From the NCBI GenBank assembly GCA_027593235.1, contig JAQCIU010000010.1, positions 1 to 64,000 on the forward strand: DNA of 64,000 nucleotides. Reading direction: 5' to 3'. Below are positions 19,371 through 29,142 of this stretch, one piece after another. Numbering within the stretch: position 1 is the stretch's first letter; every line of letters starts with the position of its first letter. Made by a program: the position numbers and the translations under genes. Under the pieces are notes generated by a model. That model saw only the letters and a program-made list of their open reading frames with translations, was not told where the DNA came from and did not search any database. Source of the stretch: Chloroflexota bacterium. GTDB taxonomy: Bacteria > Chloroflexota > Dehalococcoidia > UBA2979.

Positions 19371-20597
19371 TCATACCTCGGTTGCTCGCGTCGGGCGCGC
19401 CGGCACCGGGGCGAGCACGAGCAGGAGCGCGGCGGCGAGCAGGCAGGCGCCGAAGGCGAGAAACGGGACTCGGTACGAACCGGCCCAGTCGACCCAGAGC
19501 CCGGTCAGGAGCGGTCCCGCCGCGTTCAACGCCAGTTGCACGGGTTGGAACGACCCGCGGATGACCCCCAGCGACGTACGCCCGAAGTAGTCCGCGTAGA
19601 TCGCCTGGTTCATCGCCACTGTCGATCCGAAGAACGAGCCATAGACGACCGCGAAGATCAGCGCCGTGGAAAAGGTGTCGGTTTGCAGCAGCAGCAGTGA
19701 CCCGGCCGCCATCCCCACCAGCGACACCGTCATGGTCCAGCGAGCGGTCACCCGGGTCGCGCAAAAGCCGCCGACCAATCCGCCACCGGCACCGACCAGT
19801 GAGAAGACGGTGACGATGAACGCGGCCTCGTTCCGCCCCAGCCCTTGATCGCGGAGATACGGGATCTGGTGGAAGTTCACCGATCCGCCCGTGAAGAGCA
19901 GTAGCCCAATCGCGATCCCCATGAACCAGTAGGCACGGGTGGCGACGGCCTCGCGGAGTGTGAAGTCGAACTCGGCGGACGGCGGCGGCAGGTCGCCGCC
20001 TGCCTCCACCGACGGCGCGCGGTCGCCGTCGGGGCGCAGGCCCATGTCTTCCGGGCGACGGCGCACGAAGAGTGCCGGCGGAACGACGCCGAACAGCAGC
20101 GCGACCGCGCCGAGGGCCAACCAGCCCGCGCGCCAGTCCCCGGCGGCGGAGATCACGACCGCCGCGAACACCGGCAACGTCGCCATCCCGGCGCGCTGCG
20201 CGACAGCGACGAACCCGATCACCATCGACCGTTTCCGGACGAACCAGTTCGAGACGGCGATGAACCCGACATTGCTCACGGCGCTCATCGCGAGCCCGCG
20301 GCCGATCGCATAGAAGAGATAGAGCTGCCAGAGCGAGTGGAGCCCGGAGAGGAACGCGAGGGCGATCGCCATCCCCAGTCCCGCAGCGCTCATCACCCAG
20401 CGTCCACCGAACCGATCGACGACCCAGCCCATTCCGGGCGACAGCACCGCCGCGGTCAGGCTGCCGATGGTGATCGCCGCAGCCACCGAGGCACGCGACC
20501 ACCCGAACTCCGCTTCCAGCTCAGGAGCAAAGACGCCCAGGATCGGGTTGAAGAACACCACGGCGGTGAAGTTGGTGAGGCAGACGGTACCGACCAC
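19371..20597 (-). CDS. MFS transporter (OFA/monocarboxylate-like)
   Basis: 12 TMs, GWVVDRFGGR, WFVRKRS, PEDMGLRPDG, ADYFGR; the true start is probably further upstream (in-frame FYGW precedes the GTG). Confidence 0.88.
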   Translation of the reverse strand: MVGTVCLTNFTAVVFFNPILGVFAPELEAEFGWSRASVAAAITIGSLTAAVLSPGMGWVVDRFGGRWVMSAAGLGMAIALAFLSGLHSLWQLYLFYAIGRGLAMSAVSNVGFIAVSNWFVRKRSMVIGFVAVAQRAGMATLPVFAAVVISAAGDWRAGWLALGAVALLFGVVPPALFVRRRPEDMGLRPDGDRAPSVEAGGDLPPPSAEFDFTLREAVATRAYWFMGIAIGLLLFTGGSVNFHQIPYLRDQGLGRNEAAFIVTVFSLVGAGGGLVGGFCATRVTARWTMTVSLVGMAAGSLLLLQTDTFSTALIFAVVYGSFFGSTVAMNQAIYADYFGRTSLGVIRGSFQPVQLALNAAGPLLTGLWVDWAGSYRVPFLAFGACLLAAALLLVLAPVPARPTRATEV

Positions 20598-20851
20598 CGT
20601 CCACCCGTAAAACCAGCGCGACTCCAGGGGATTGCGTGATCCCGAGGCGGCGCCATCGTCCGCAGCATCTCGGGGAGCAGCGGCGTCTTCGGACGAGGGC
20701 GATGGTGGGCGGGGACTCAGGGGGGCTCCGGACGTGGATGCGGGCCATCAGTCCCCGCGATCGGTGCCTGAGTCTACGGTGTGTTGACCGCGGCCCCAAC
20801 CGCAATCTACGGTCAGAGCGCCGCGCCCCCCGGTATCCCGAGGACCACCAC

Positions 20852-21430
20852 ATGTTCCGACGCTCGCGCAATCTGATCTTGATTCTGCTGGCGGCCGCGG
20901 CCGGGGCGATGATCGGTCGTTGGGTCGCCGAGGCCCGCTCCCGCATCGATGCCGGCGAGGATCCGCTCGCGGTCGACCTCCACGATCTGCAGATCCGGCC
21001 GCAGGACTTCATCCCTGGCGTCGTAGCGGCGTTCCGCGTCGGCGAGCCACCATGGTCGTGGCTGCACATCCCGAACTGGGTCGCCGCGTTCGGCACGAAC
21101 TTCGCCGCGGCGGCCGTTGGCGGCGACCTCGATCGGTTGCGACAGATGGCCGAAGACCGCGCGATGAGCGCGCTCGGGCTCGACCGCGACACAGAGATCG
21201 AGATCGAGGACATCCCGCAGCCGGCCGAGTCGCACTCCAGTCCCTTTGGCGCGCCGCAGCCACCACCACCCTCACCGCCGCGCCCGGCGGCAGCACCGCC
21301 ACCCCCGCCTCCATCGGCCACCCAGCCGGTGTGGACACGCGAGAACGCCACCCCTCCGCCGACGAACGGCAACGGCAACGGCGCGCCACACGCGACGGAG
21401 ACGCCGGGGTTCACGCCGCTGTCGGACTAG
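20852..21430 (+). CDS. Hypothetical protein with TM anchor and Pro-rich tail
   Basis: GAGG RBS, N-terminal hydrophobic helix, poly-Pro C-terminus. Confidence 0.6.
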   Translation: MFRRSRNLILILLAAAAGAMIGRWVAEARSRIDAGEDPLAVDLHDLQIRPQDFIPGVVAAFRVGEPPWSWLHIPNWVAAFGTNFAAAAVGGDLDRLRQMAEDRAMSALGLDRDTEIEIEDIPQPAESHSSPFGAPQPPPPSPPRPAAAPPPPPPSATQPVWTRENATPPPTNGNGNGAPHATETPGFTPLSD

Positions 21431-21439
21431 CGACCGCCC

Positions 21440-21850
21440 GTGGACGAACGCGAGTTCACGCTCGCCGAAGCCCAGCGCGCCCTCGACGCGATCCGCGCCG
21501 ACATCGAGGTACTACGCGGCGTGCAGGGTGAGTTGCGCGCGGTGAAGGCGCGGCTGAACGCCCTCAATCGCCTGCACCTCAACAACGGCCACCTGGGTGA
21601 CGCGCAACAACGCGCGCTCCGCGCCGAACAACGCCGCCTGGGCGAGGAAGCGAGCCGCCGGATCAGCGCGATCCATGCGACGGGTGCGGTGATTAAGGGC
21701 ATCGACGATGGCCTCCTCGACTTCCCGGGAATGATCGAGGGCATCCGCGGCTACTGGTGCTGGAAGGCCGGGGAAGGCGCCATCGCCTGGTGGCACCCGC
21801 GCGGCACGGGTTTCGCCGACCGGCGACCGATTCCGGACGGCGCCGACTAG
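21440..21850 (+). CDS. DUF2203 family protein
   Basis: FTLAEA...IKGIDDGLLDFP...WCWKAGE..IAWWH...GFADRRPI. Confidence 0.85.
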   Translation: MDEREFTLAEAQRALDAIRADIEVLRGVQGELRAVKARLNALNRLHLNNGHLGDAQQRALRAEQRRLGEEASRRISAIHATGAVIKGIDDGLLDFPGMIEGIRGYWCWKAGEGAIAWWHPRGTGFADRRPIPDGAD

Positions 21851-21939
21851 GGCGCGGACCGGGGACCGAGGCTGGATCGAGACACACCCGAAGATCGAGC
21901 GCCGCTTTGCTATTCTGCATGCGTCATCGGAGGCAAGCA

Positions 21940-22518
21940 GTGACGCTCGTGATCGTCCTCGCTCTCTCGTACGTACTCGGCGCCATCCCCACCTCGTACA
22001 TCGTGGTCCACTACCTGACCGGGCGGGACATCCGCACGCTGGGCGACGGCAACCCCGGGATGATGAACGTCTGGGACAGCGTCGGCATTCGCGCGGCGCT
22101 GGTCGTCGGGTTCGGTGACATCGGCAAGGGCATGGCGGCCGTCTCGATCGCATTGATCGCTGACATCCACGAAGCCGCTCCGATGCTCGCTGGGCTGGTC
22201 GCGATCCTCGGGCACGACTACTCGATCTTCTTGATGCTGGACGGCGGGAACGGGATGGCGACGGCGGTCGGCGCGATCTGCGCGCTAGCACCGCTGGCGG
22301 CGCTGCCGGCGATCGCCGCGGCCGTCGCGGTATCGCTGATTGCCAGTTCGCGACGCCTCGGCGGAATCGTTGGGCTGCTGCTGGTCCCGGTGCTCGCGTA
22401 CATCGCCTCCGCGGATCGCGCGGTGATCTCCGGGATCGTGCTGCTGATGACACTCGCGGCGCTCAAGATCATCAGTTTCGAGGGGTTCACCCCGGCTCGC
22501 TCGAGGCTCGATCGTTGA
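21940..22518 (+). CDS. plsY: Glycerol-3-phosphate acyltransferase PlsY
   Basis: SYVLGAIP, DIRTLGDGNPG, DIGKG, ILGHDYSIF, GGNGMAT. Confidence 0.85.
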   Translation: MTLVIVLALSYVLGAIPTSYIVVHYLTGRDIRTLGDGNPGMMNVWDSVGIRAALVVGFGDIGKGMAAVSIALIADIHEAAPMLAGLVAILGHDYSIFLMLDGGNGMATAVGAICALAPLAALPAIAAAVAVSLIASSRRLGGIVGLLLVPVLAYIASADRAVISGIVLLMTLAALKIISFEGFTPARSRLDR

Positions 22519-23405
22519 CCACGATCGATTCGATTCGGGATCGCCTCGCCCGCCTCACCTCCGGTCCGTCCGAGGAAGTCCCGCTCGCCCGCACGGCGCT
22601 GCTGATCGCGCAGAGCGAGTACCCGGACATCGATATCGATGAGTACGAACGTCGCCTGCAGACGATCGCCGACACCCTTGAGGAAGAGCTGAAGGGCAAG
22701 CGCGACGCGCATTCGCCGCTGCGGGTGCCGCTGGCCGTCAACCGGCTGCTCTATCGCGAGCTGGGCTTCCGAGGCAACGACACCGCCTACGATGACCCGC
22801 GCAACCTCTACCTGAATCACGTGCTGGACGAGCGCACGGGCATCCCGGTGACGATGGCGATCGTCTACACCGAGATTTGCCAGCGCGCCGGGTTGGACGT
22901 GCGCCCTGTGGGTCTGCCCGGTCACGTGATCTGCCGCTATCAGCCGGCCAACTCCACGGACGAGCACGACAGCATCCTGCTGGATGTCTTCAACCAGGGC
23001 CGCGTCTTGAGTGAACGCGACTGCCGCGTGCTGGTGCGCAACATCTTTGGAAACGGGGAACCGTTCCGCGATCACTACCTGACCACCATGACCCCGCGGC
23101 AAGTCGTGCAACGGCTGCTGCACAACCTGAAGGTCGGGTACCTCCGCCGTGGCGACGAGGAGCGAGCCGCGCGCATCATCGATCTGACGCTGACGCTGTT
23201 CCCGTGGGACCTCGACGAGATTCGCGATCGCGGGATGCTACGCGAGCGACTCGGCGACCTGTCGCTGGCCCTCGAGGACCTCGAACGCTACGTCGCGTAC
23301 CGACCGGGTGCGCGTGACATCCAGACGGTCACCGAAACCGTGCGTTCGCTCCGCCGTCATGCCGGCGCGGATACGGATGACCCCACCGCGGACCCCGCGA
23401 TCTGA
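22515..23405 (+). CDS. SirB1-family protein (transglutaminase-like core + TPR)
   Basis: LGFRGN..AYDDPRN.YLN.VL.ERTGIP, GLPGH, RLLHNLK, EIRDRG. Confidence 0.88.
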   Translation: MTTIDSIRDRLARLTSGPSEEVPLARTALLIAQSEYPDIDIDEYERRLQTIADTLEEELKGKRDAHSPLRVPLAVNRLLYRELGFRGNDTAYDDPRNLYLNHVLDERTGIPVTMAIVYTEICQRAGLDVRPVGLPGHVICRYQPANSTDEHDSILLDVFNQGRVLSERDCRVLVRNIFGNGEPFRDHYLTTMTPRQVVQRLLHNLKVGYLRRGDEERAARIIDLTLTLFPWDLDEIRDRGMLRERLGDLSLALEDLERYVAYRPGARDIQTVTETVRSLRRHAGADTDDPTADPAI

Positions 23406-23458
23406 CCAGCCTCAATACCACCAACGTGGCGGCAGCACGCTACGAGCACAGCGCGGCC

Positions 23459-24121
23459 GTGACGAGCCCGGTGACCCGCATCCTGCATCGCGCCGGCAAT
23501 CTCCGTGACCTGCTGCCGCTGGCGGAACACCCCGCGGTCGATGCGATCGAGGCCGCCATCTGGGTGCGCGGCGACCGATTGGTCGCCCATCACGATCGCC
23601 CGCTCCAGCCGCTCCCGTTCACCCTCGGTCGCGGCGGGATCCGCCGTGGCGCGCCGGACCTGGTCGACCTCGGCGAGATTCTCGAGGCGGTTGGCGCGCT
23701 GGTTCCGCACACACAGGTAGTGCTCGATCTCCATTCCTGGATCGCCGATCCGGCGCCGGACCTCGCCCGTGCGCTGCTCGCGCTGCCCAATCGCGACCAC
23801 CTCGTGGTCAGTTGCGAGGCGTGGGCGATCGCCGATCGGCTGCGCGCGTGGGTCCCCGATCTCCGTGTCGCGTACTCGGTCCGCTACGAACCGCAGCTCC
23901 GTCGCTACGTCCACGAGGCGAACACACTGCAGCTCCCACCGCGCCCGATCGCGATCCGTCATAGCCTCCTGCACAGCGCCGAGGACGTGCGTGCCCTGAG
24001 GCGTCACGCCGGCACGATCGCCGCGTGGACGGTCGATGACGTCGATCGCGCGCTCGACCTCGCGGAGTGGGGCGTGGACGCGATCGTCAGCAACGACCTG
24101 ACGGTCCTGAACGCGCTCTAG
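23459..24121 (+). CDS. Glycerophosphodiester phosphodiesterase-like protein
   Basis: HRAG, VAHHD, AWTVDD, GVDAIVSN; start approximate. Confidence 0.78.
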   Translation: MTSPVTRILHRAGNLRDLLPLAEHPAVDAIEAAIWVRGDRLVAHHDRPLQPLPFTLGRGGIRRGAPDLVDLGEILEAVGALVPHTQVVLDLHSWIADPAPDLARALLALPNRDHLVVSCEAWAIADRLRAWVPDLRVAYSVRYEPQLRRYVHEANTLQLPPRPIAIRHSLLHSAEDVRALRRHAGTIAAWTVDDVDRALDLAEWGVDAIVSNDLTVLNAL

Positions 24122-24127
24122 GCTGCG

Positions 24128-25318
24128 GTGATGACCCAGCCGCCCGCGGATGATTTCGCGCTCGCCGCCGCCGACACGCCCATCGCGCCGATGATTCGCG
24201 CGGAGATCGAGGCCGGTGGCGGTCGCATCACCTTCGCGCGCTTCATGGACCTCGCCCTCGCGCACCCGGAGCATGGCTACTACAGCCGCGAGCAGCTCGC
24301 GTGGGGCCGCGACGGCGACTACGAGACGTCGCCGGAGGTGCATCCGATCTTCGGGTACCTCTGGGCGCGCCAGATCGAGGAGTGCTGGGACCGGCTCGGA
24401 CGCCCCGCGCGGTTCGACCTCGTCGAGGTCGCGGCGGGCTCCGGAGCCTTCAGCGCCGCGATCCTGACCTGGCTGCGCGACCGCAGCCCCGACTGCTTCG
24501 CCGCCACGCACGCGACGCTCCTCGACGGCCACCCGCACCGCCTCGAGGCACAGCGCCGCACGCTCCGCGCGCGGAACCTCCCGGCGCAGCACCGGCTCCT
24601 CGCGGACTGGCTCGACGACGCCGATCCGATCAGCGGCGTGGTGATCAGCAACGAGTTCTTCGACGCGCTGCCGATCCACCTCGTGGAGCGACGGGGAGAC
24701 GCGCTCGGCGAGTGGTACGTGGAGGCGAACGGCGCGGGCTTCCGGTTCGCGTTCGGCGACGCCAGCACGCCCGCCCTCGATCGTTACTTCGGGCGCCTCG
24801 GGCTGACTCCCGGCGACGAATGCCGCGCCGAGGTGAACCTCGCCGCCGCCGAGGTGATGCGGCGGATCGCCTCACGGGTCGAGCGGGGCTACGTGCTCTC
24901 GATCGACTACGGACACGAGGCGCGCGACCTGTACGCGAGCTGGCGACGGATGGGGACGCTGATGGCGTTCCGCAACCACAGCCCACAGCCTGACCCCCTC
25001 GCCTCGCCGGGCCTCCTCGATCTCACCGCGCACGTGGACTTCACGACGCTGGCCGCCGCTGCCACGGATCTCGGGTTCGAGGCCGCGCCGACGGTCTCAC
25101 AAGCCGAGGCGCTCACCGTCCTCGGACTGCCGGCGGCGATGCAGGCGGCGGAGGCACGCGCGCACGAGGATGTCGCGCGCTTCGCCGAGGAACGACGAGC
25201 CGCCACGGCGCTCACGAACATGGAGGGGCTGGGCCGGATCCGCGTGCTCGCCCTCGCGAAGGGCGCACCCCTCGAGGGCCTGCGCTGTCTGCGATCGATG
25301 GCGGAGCACTATGGCTAG
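24128..25318 (+). CDS. MidA/NDUFAF7-family SAM-dependent methyltransferase
   Basis: FARFMDLAL.HP.HGYY, GDYETSPE, SNEFFDALP, IDYG, DLTAHVDF. Confidence 0.92.
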   Translation: MMTQPPADDFALAAADTPIAPMIRAEIEAGGGRITFARFMDLALAHPEHGYYSREQLAWGRDGDYETSPEVHPIFGYLWARQIEECWDRLGRPARFDLVEVAAGSGAFSAAILTWLRDRSPDCFAATHATLLDGHPHRLEAQRRTLRARNLPAQHRLLADWLDDADPISGVVISNEFFDALPIHLVERRGDALGEWYVEANGAGFRFAFGDASTPALDRYFGRLGLTPGDECRAEVNLAAAEVMRRIASRVERGYVLSIDYGHEARDLYASWRRMGTLMAFRNHSPQPDPLASPGLLDLTAHVDFTTLAAAATDLGFEAAPTVSQAEALTVLGLPAAMQAAEARAHEDVARFAEERRAATALTNMEGLGRIRVLALAKGAPLEGLRCLRSMAEHYG

Positions 25319-25359
25319 CGGTCACGCCATGCGCAGGCGCAGCGTGAGAAGATGCGCGC

Positions 25360-25767
25360 ATGGTCAACGAAACCGTCCACTACTCGGAAACGGTGATCGA
25401 GCACTTCAATCACCCGCGGAACGCAGGTGAGATGGCCGACGCCAGCGTGGACTATTTCGTGACCAATCCGATCTCGGGCGACTCAATCCGGCTGTTTCTC
25501 CACATCGACGACGATCGCATCGATCGCGCGTCGTTCCTCACCACCGGTGGTCCTGCCTCGATCGCGACGGCTTCCATGGCGACCGAGCTGGTGATCGGTC
25601 GCACGCTAGACGAGGCGAGCGAGATCACGAGGGAGCAGCTCGTCGAAGCCGTCGGTGGACTCCCGCCCTCGAAGATCCAGTGCTCGGTGATCGCGGCGGC
25701 GGCGATCCGGAACGCAATCGCGACGTGGCGGCGACAGCAAATCGCTGCCGAGGAGAGCGCCGGATGA
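25360..25767 (+). CDS. IscU/NifU-N-like protein lacking two of the three conserved Cys
   Basis: YSE.VIEHFNHPRNAG, NPISGD, GGPASIATAS, GGLPPSKIQCS. Confidence 0.85.
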   Translation: MVNETVHYSETVIEHFNHPRNAGEMADASVDYFVTNPISGDSIRLFLHIDDDRIDRASFLTTGGPASIATASMATELVIGRTLDEASEITREQLVEAVGGLPPSKIQCSVIAAAAIRNAIATWRRQQIAAEESAG

Positions 25768-26375
25768 CCGTCGCGGCGATTCTGCTGGCGGCCGGGCAGT
25801 CGCGCCGAATGGGCTCACCCAAGGCGCTCATACCGTGGGGCGATCAGTCGCTCCTCGCCTGGGAGATCGACCAACTGATGGCCTCGCAGGTCGACGAGAT
25901 CATCGTCGTCCTGGGCGCGCACTCCGAGGCGATCCGCCGCTCGCTGGGAGACGGCGCTCGCTACTGCGTCTTCAATCAGCGCTGGGCGCACGGCCGCTCG
26001 ACGTCGCTGGTGAAGGGCGTGACGGCGCTGCTGAGCGGCGGCCGCGGGGCGCCCGAGGCGACCGTGATACAGAACGTCGACCAGCCGACGCGGAGCGACA
26101 TCATCGACCGATTGGTCGATGAGCTGCGTCGCGCGCGGGTGGATGCCGTCCAACCGCAGCGCCACGGGCACGGTGGTCACCCGGTAGTCCTCGGCGGTCG
26201 CGTGCTTCCGCTGTTGTTGCGCGCGGACGAGCGGACGCTGGGGCTCCGCGGCGTGCTCGAACAACACCCGCCGTACCGGCTCGAGATGGACAGCGAGCCG
26301 GTGGTGTCGCTCGACCTCGACACGCCGGACACGCTGCCTGCTGCCCGCGTGTTGCTTGGGATCCCGGAGGCCTGA
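25764..26375 (+). CDS. MocA/MobA-like nucleotidyltransferase
   Basis: ILLAAGQSRRMGSPKAL, DQP, GHPV, DLDTP. Confidence 0.85.
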   Translation: MTVAAILLAAGQSRRMGSPKALIPWGDQSLLAWEIDQLMASQVDEIIVVLGAHSEAIRRSLGDGARYCVFNQRWAHGRSTSLVKGVTALLSGGRGAPEATVIQNVDQPTRSDIIDRLVDELRRARVDAVQPQRHGHGGHPVVLGGRVLPLLLRADERTLGLRGVLEQHPPYRLEMDSEPVVSLDLDTPDTLPAARVLLGIPEA

Positions 26376-26449
26376 CCGTCGGAACCGCCCCCGGCAATGC
26401 TGCTGGCAGCGGTGATGGCAACCGGACGTCGATTCGCTAGACTGCACAA

Positions 26450-26464
26450 TCAAACACCGTTTGA
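26450..26464. promoter_or_regulatory. Inverted repeat, candidate repressor operator
   Basis: TCAAAC-acc-GTTTGA, 30 nt upstream of the MaoC pair. Confidence 0.35.
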
Positions 26465-26494
26465 ACATCCCATCTCGCAGGCTCGGAGGACAGC

Positions 26495-27082
26495 GTGCCC
26501 AAGGCCGTCGAAGGCGCATACGACATCGAGCAGGTCCGCGCCGAGTGGATCGGCAAGAAGACCGCTCGCAGCCACGGGCGCTACCCGGTCGAGTACGACC
26601 CGATCCGCCGCCACTGCCACATGGTCGAGGACGAAAACCCGCTGTTCCTCGACCCGGAGTTCGCCGAGGGCACCGGTTACGGCGGCGTGATCTCCCCGCC
26701 TGTGTTGATTGGCTACTTCGCGGGCGACGGCGCCTGGCCGCCCACCGGCGGGCCGACCCAGGGCAAGCGCGCCGGCCAGCAGGTCGAGGCCGACGATTCG
26801 GAGAACCCGATGGCGAACGTGCCGACGCGCGGCGAGCGGCTGATCAACATGAACGTCGCCTGGGAGTTCTTCGCTCCGGTCCGCATCGGCGACACGCTCT
26901 CCTCCGAGACCGTGCTTGCGGACATCTTCGAGAAGTCGATTCGCCTCGATCCGAAGGCCGTCTGGGTCGTGACCGAGCGCCGCATCTTCAACCAGCGCGA
27001 CGAGCTTGTCGCGACCAACACGAACACGCTGCTCACGCATCGACGACCTGACGTCGTCGCCGCGGAAGCCGAAGGGAACTAG
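26495..27082 (+). CDS. MaoC/FAS1-like hotdog dehydratase, N-terminal-type subunit
   Basis: 'IRRHCHMVEDENPLFLDPEFA...YGGVISPP', 'WEFFAPVRIGD', 'NQRDELVA'. Confidence 0.85.
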   Translation: MPKAVEGAYDIEQVRAEWIGKKTARSHGRYPVEYDPIRRHCHMVEDENPLFLDPEFAEGTGYGGVISPPVLIGYFAGDGAWPPTGGPTQGKRAGQQVEADDSENPMANVPTRGERLINMNVAWEFFAPVRIGDTLSSETVLADIFEKSIRLDPKAVWVVTERRIFNQRDELVATNTNTLLTHRRPDVVAAEAEGN

Positions 27083-27084
27083 CG

Positions 27085-27531
27085 ATGACCACGCAGATCG
27101 CACAGCGCACCTGGGAAGACGTCACCGAGGGGGACGAGCTGAGTGGCTTCGAGATGAAGCTGACCGCCACCAAGATGGTGGAGCAGGTTTCCGGGTCGCA
27201 GGACTTCTACCCGGTGCATCACGACACGGCCTTCGCACGCGAAGCCGGTCACGCCGAGATCTTCTACAACACCGGCTTTACGCAGGCCACGCTGAGCCGC
27301 CTCCTCACCGACTGGGTCGGCGTGGAGGGCTGGGTGAAGAAGATGTCATTCCAGATGCGGAAGATGAACATCCCCGAGGATGTCGTCCACGCGAAGGGCG
27401 TGGTCACCGGCAAGTCCGAGGGCGACGGCGGCATGGGCGAGGTCACCCTCGACATCTGGCTCGAGAACGATCGTGTCGGCATCACGACGCCGGCCGAGGC
27501 GACCGTGCTGCTCCCCCACCGCGCCGGGTAG
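27085..27531 (+). CDS. MaoC-family (R)-hydratase, catalytic-type subunit
   Basis: SGSQDFYPVHHD hydratase-2 motif; 'WEDVTEGDEL'. Confidence 0.85.
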   Translation: MTTQIAQRTWEDVTEGDELSGFEMKLTATKMVEQVSGSQDFYPVHHDTAFAREAGHAEIFYNTGFTQATLSRLLTDWVGVEGWVKKMSFQMRKMNIPEDVVHAKGVVTGKSEGDGGMGEVTLDIWLENDRVGITTPAEATVLLPHRAG

Positions 27532-27606
27532 ACGCGCAAGCGGGCGGGAGCGGTTGTCGCTCCTGCCCGATATCCTCGGCGACCTTACCTGCGAGGAGGT
27601 CGCCCG

Positions 27607-28293
27607 ATGCCCACGCTTCACGTCGTCAACGTCTTCACCGCGCTCGATGGCTCCGAGGGCAACCCGCTCGGCGTGTTCCTCGATGGCGCGGCCATCCCCG
27701 AGGCCCTGCGACAGGCCGTCGCCGCCGACCTGGGATACAGCGAAACCGTCTTCGTCGACGACCGCATCAGCGGTCGGCTCGAAATCTACACCCCCACCCA
27801 GCGACTCCAGCTCGCGGGCCATCCGCTCGTCGGGACGTCATGGGTGCTGCGACGGGAGGGGGCGCCCATCGAGGTGCTCCGCCCACCCGCGGGCGACGTC
27901 CCGACGTGGGTCGAGGGCGAGCTGACCTGGATCCGCGGGCGCGCCGAGTGGTCGCCACCCTTCACCTACGTCCAACTTGGTTCCGCAGCGGAGGTTGCCG
28001 CGCTGACCGAGGCACCCGACGGCATGGGCGACGCCTATTGCTGGGCCTGGCAGGACGAGGCGGCCGGCATCGTCCGCGCCCGCAACTTTGTCCCTTCGCA
28101 CAAGATCGCCGAGGACCAGGCGACCGGCGCCGCGACGATGGTGATGGTCGACCGCATCGGTCGACCGATCGTGATTCACCAGGGTGACGGCTCCGTGATC
28201 GAGGCGCGCCCGGGCCCGGGCGGCTCCTCGGATGTTGGCGGACGGGTCGTGCTGGACGCGGTGCGGGACTACGCGGTGACGGTCTCCGCGTAG
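27607..28293 (+). CDS. PhzF-family epimerase/isomerase
   Basis: VFT...GNPLGV, GYSETVFV, LAGHP, EDQATG. Confidence 0.88.
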   Translation: MPTLHVVNVFTALDGSEGNPLGVFLDGAAIPEALRQAVAADLGYSETVFVDDRISGRLEIYTPTQRLQLAGHPLVGTSWVLRREGAPIEVLRPPAGDVPTWVEGELTWIRGRAEWSPPFTYVQLGSAAEVAALTEAPDGMGDAYCWAWQDEAAGIVRARNFVPSHKIAEDQATGAATMVMVDRIGRPIVIHQGDGSVIEARPGPGGSSDVGGRVVLDAVRDYAVTVSA

Positions 28294-29075
28294 CGGCGGA
28301 TGTTGATGCGCAGCTCGTCGCCAAACATCGTTCGCGTCTCTGGGTCCGCGTCGGCGACGATCTGCTCTTCGGGAACGCCCGCGGCGCACTGCTCGATCAG
28401 GTGTTCGTGCAGCGCCGCCTGGCGCTCGATGTAGCGACGGTCGACGAGCGGGTCGTGCCCGGAGGCGAAGACGGTCTCGGGGACGGCGGCGAGCGCGCGC
28501 AGGGTGGCGGCCCACTCCGCCGGGAAACCGCCGACGCACACCAGCGGTTCGCCGATGATGTCGCCGGCGAACGAGACGCCGGCCTCCTCCACGCCGATGG
28601 CGATATCGTTGTCCGTGTGCGCCCGTCCGAAGTAGTCGAGGCGGAGGGTGACGCCGCCGAGGTGCAAGCGGAGGCGTTCCTCGAAGGTCACGTCCGGCGG
28701 ATCGATGACGACGGTTCGCATCCGCTCCTCAGCCTCGGGCAGGTACTTCGCGAGGCCGATTCGATGGGCCTCGCCAGTGTCGCCCAGCAACCACGCGCGG
28801 CAACGTTCGTGCCCAACAACCGCCGCGGGCCGGAACAGCCAGTTCCCGAAGCTGTGATCGCCGTGGTGGTGCGTGTTCACCGCGTAGCGGATCGGTCGAT
28901 CGGTCAGCGACGCGACGGCATCGAGCAGGATCCGCGCGTCGTCGGCGAAGGTGCAGGTGTCGATCACCGCGACGGCGTCGTCGCCGATCACGATCCCGGA
29001 ATGCGCGGACAGCCCGCCCGGGAACTCCAGGCGGAACACGCGGTCCGCGATCTGACTCAGGCCCTCGATCGCCAT
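28269..29075 (-). CDS. MBL-fold metallo-hydrolase (cyclase-like)
   Basis: THHHGDHSFGN, AHTDND, FAGD, SGH. Confidence 0.88.
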   Translation of the reverse strand: MAIEGLSQIADRVFRLEFPGGLSAHSGIVIGDDAVAVIDTCTFADDARILLDAVASLTDRPIRYAVNTHHHGDHSFGNWLFRPAAVVGHERCRAWLLGDTGEAHRIGLAKYLPEAEERMRTVVIDPPDVTFEERLRLHLGGVTLRLDYFGRAHTDNDIAIGVEEAGVSFAGDIIGEPLVCVGGFPAEWAATLRALAAVPETVFASGHDPLVDRRYIERQAALHEHLIEQCAAGVPEEQIVADADPETRTMFGDELRINIRRYAETVTA

Positions 29076-29142
29076 CGCGTCACCCCCGCTCGCACATGCT
29101 CCCCCGGACCGGGGCGATTGGCATGCGCGTGCGGGCGTCAGT

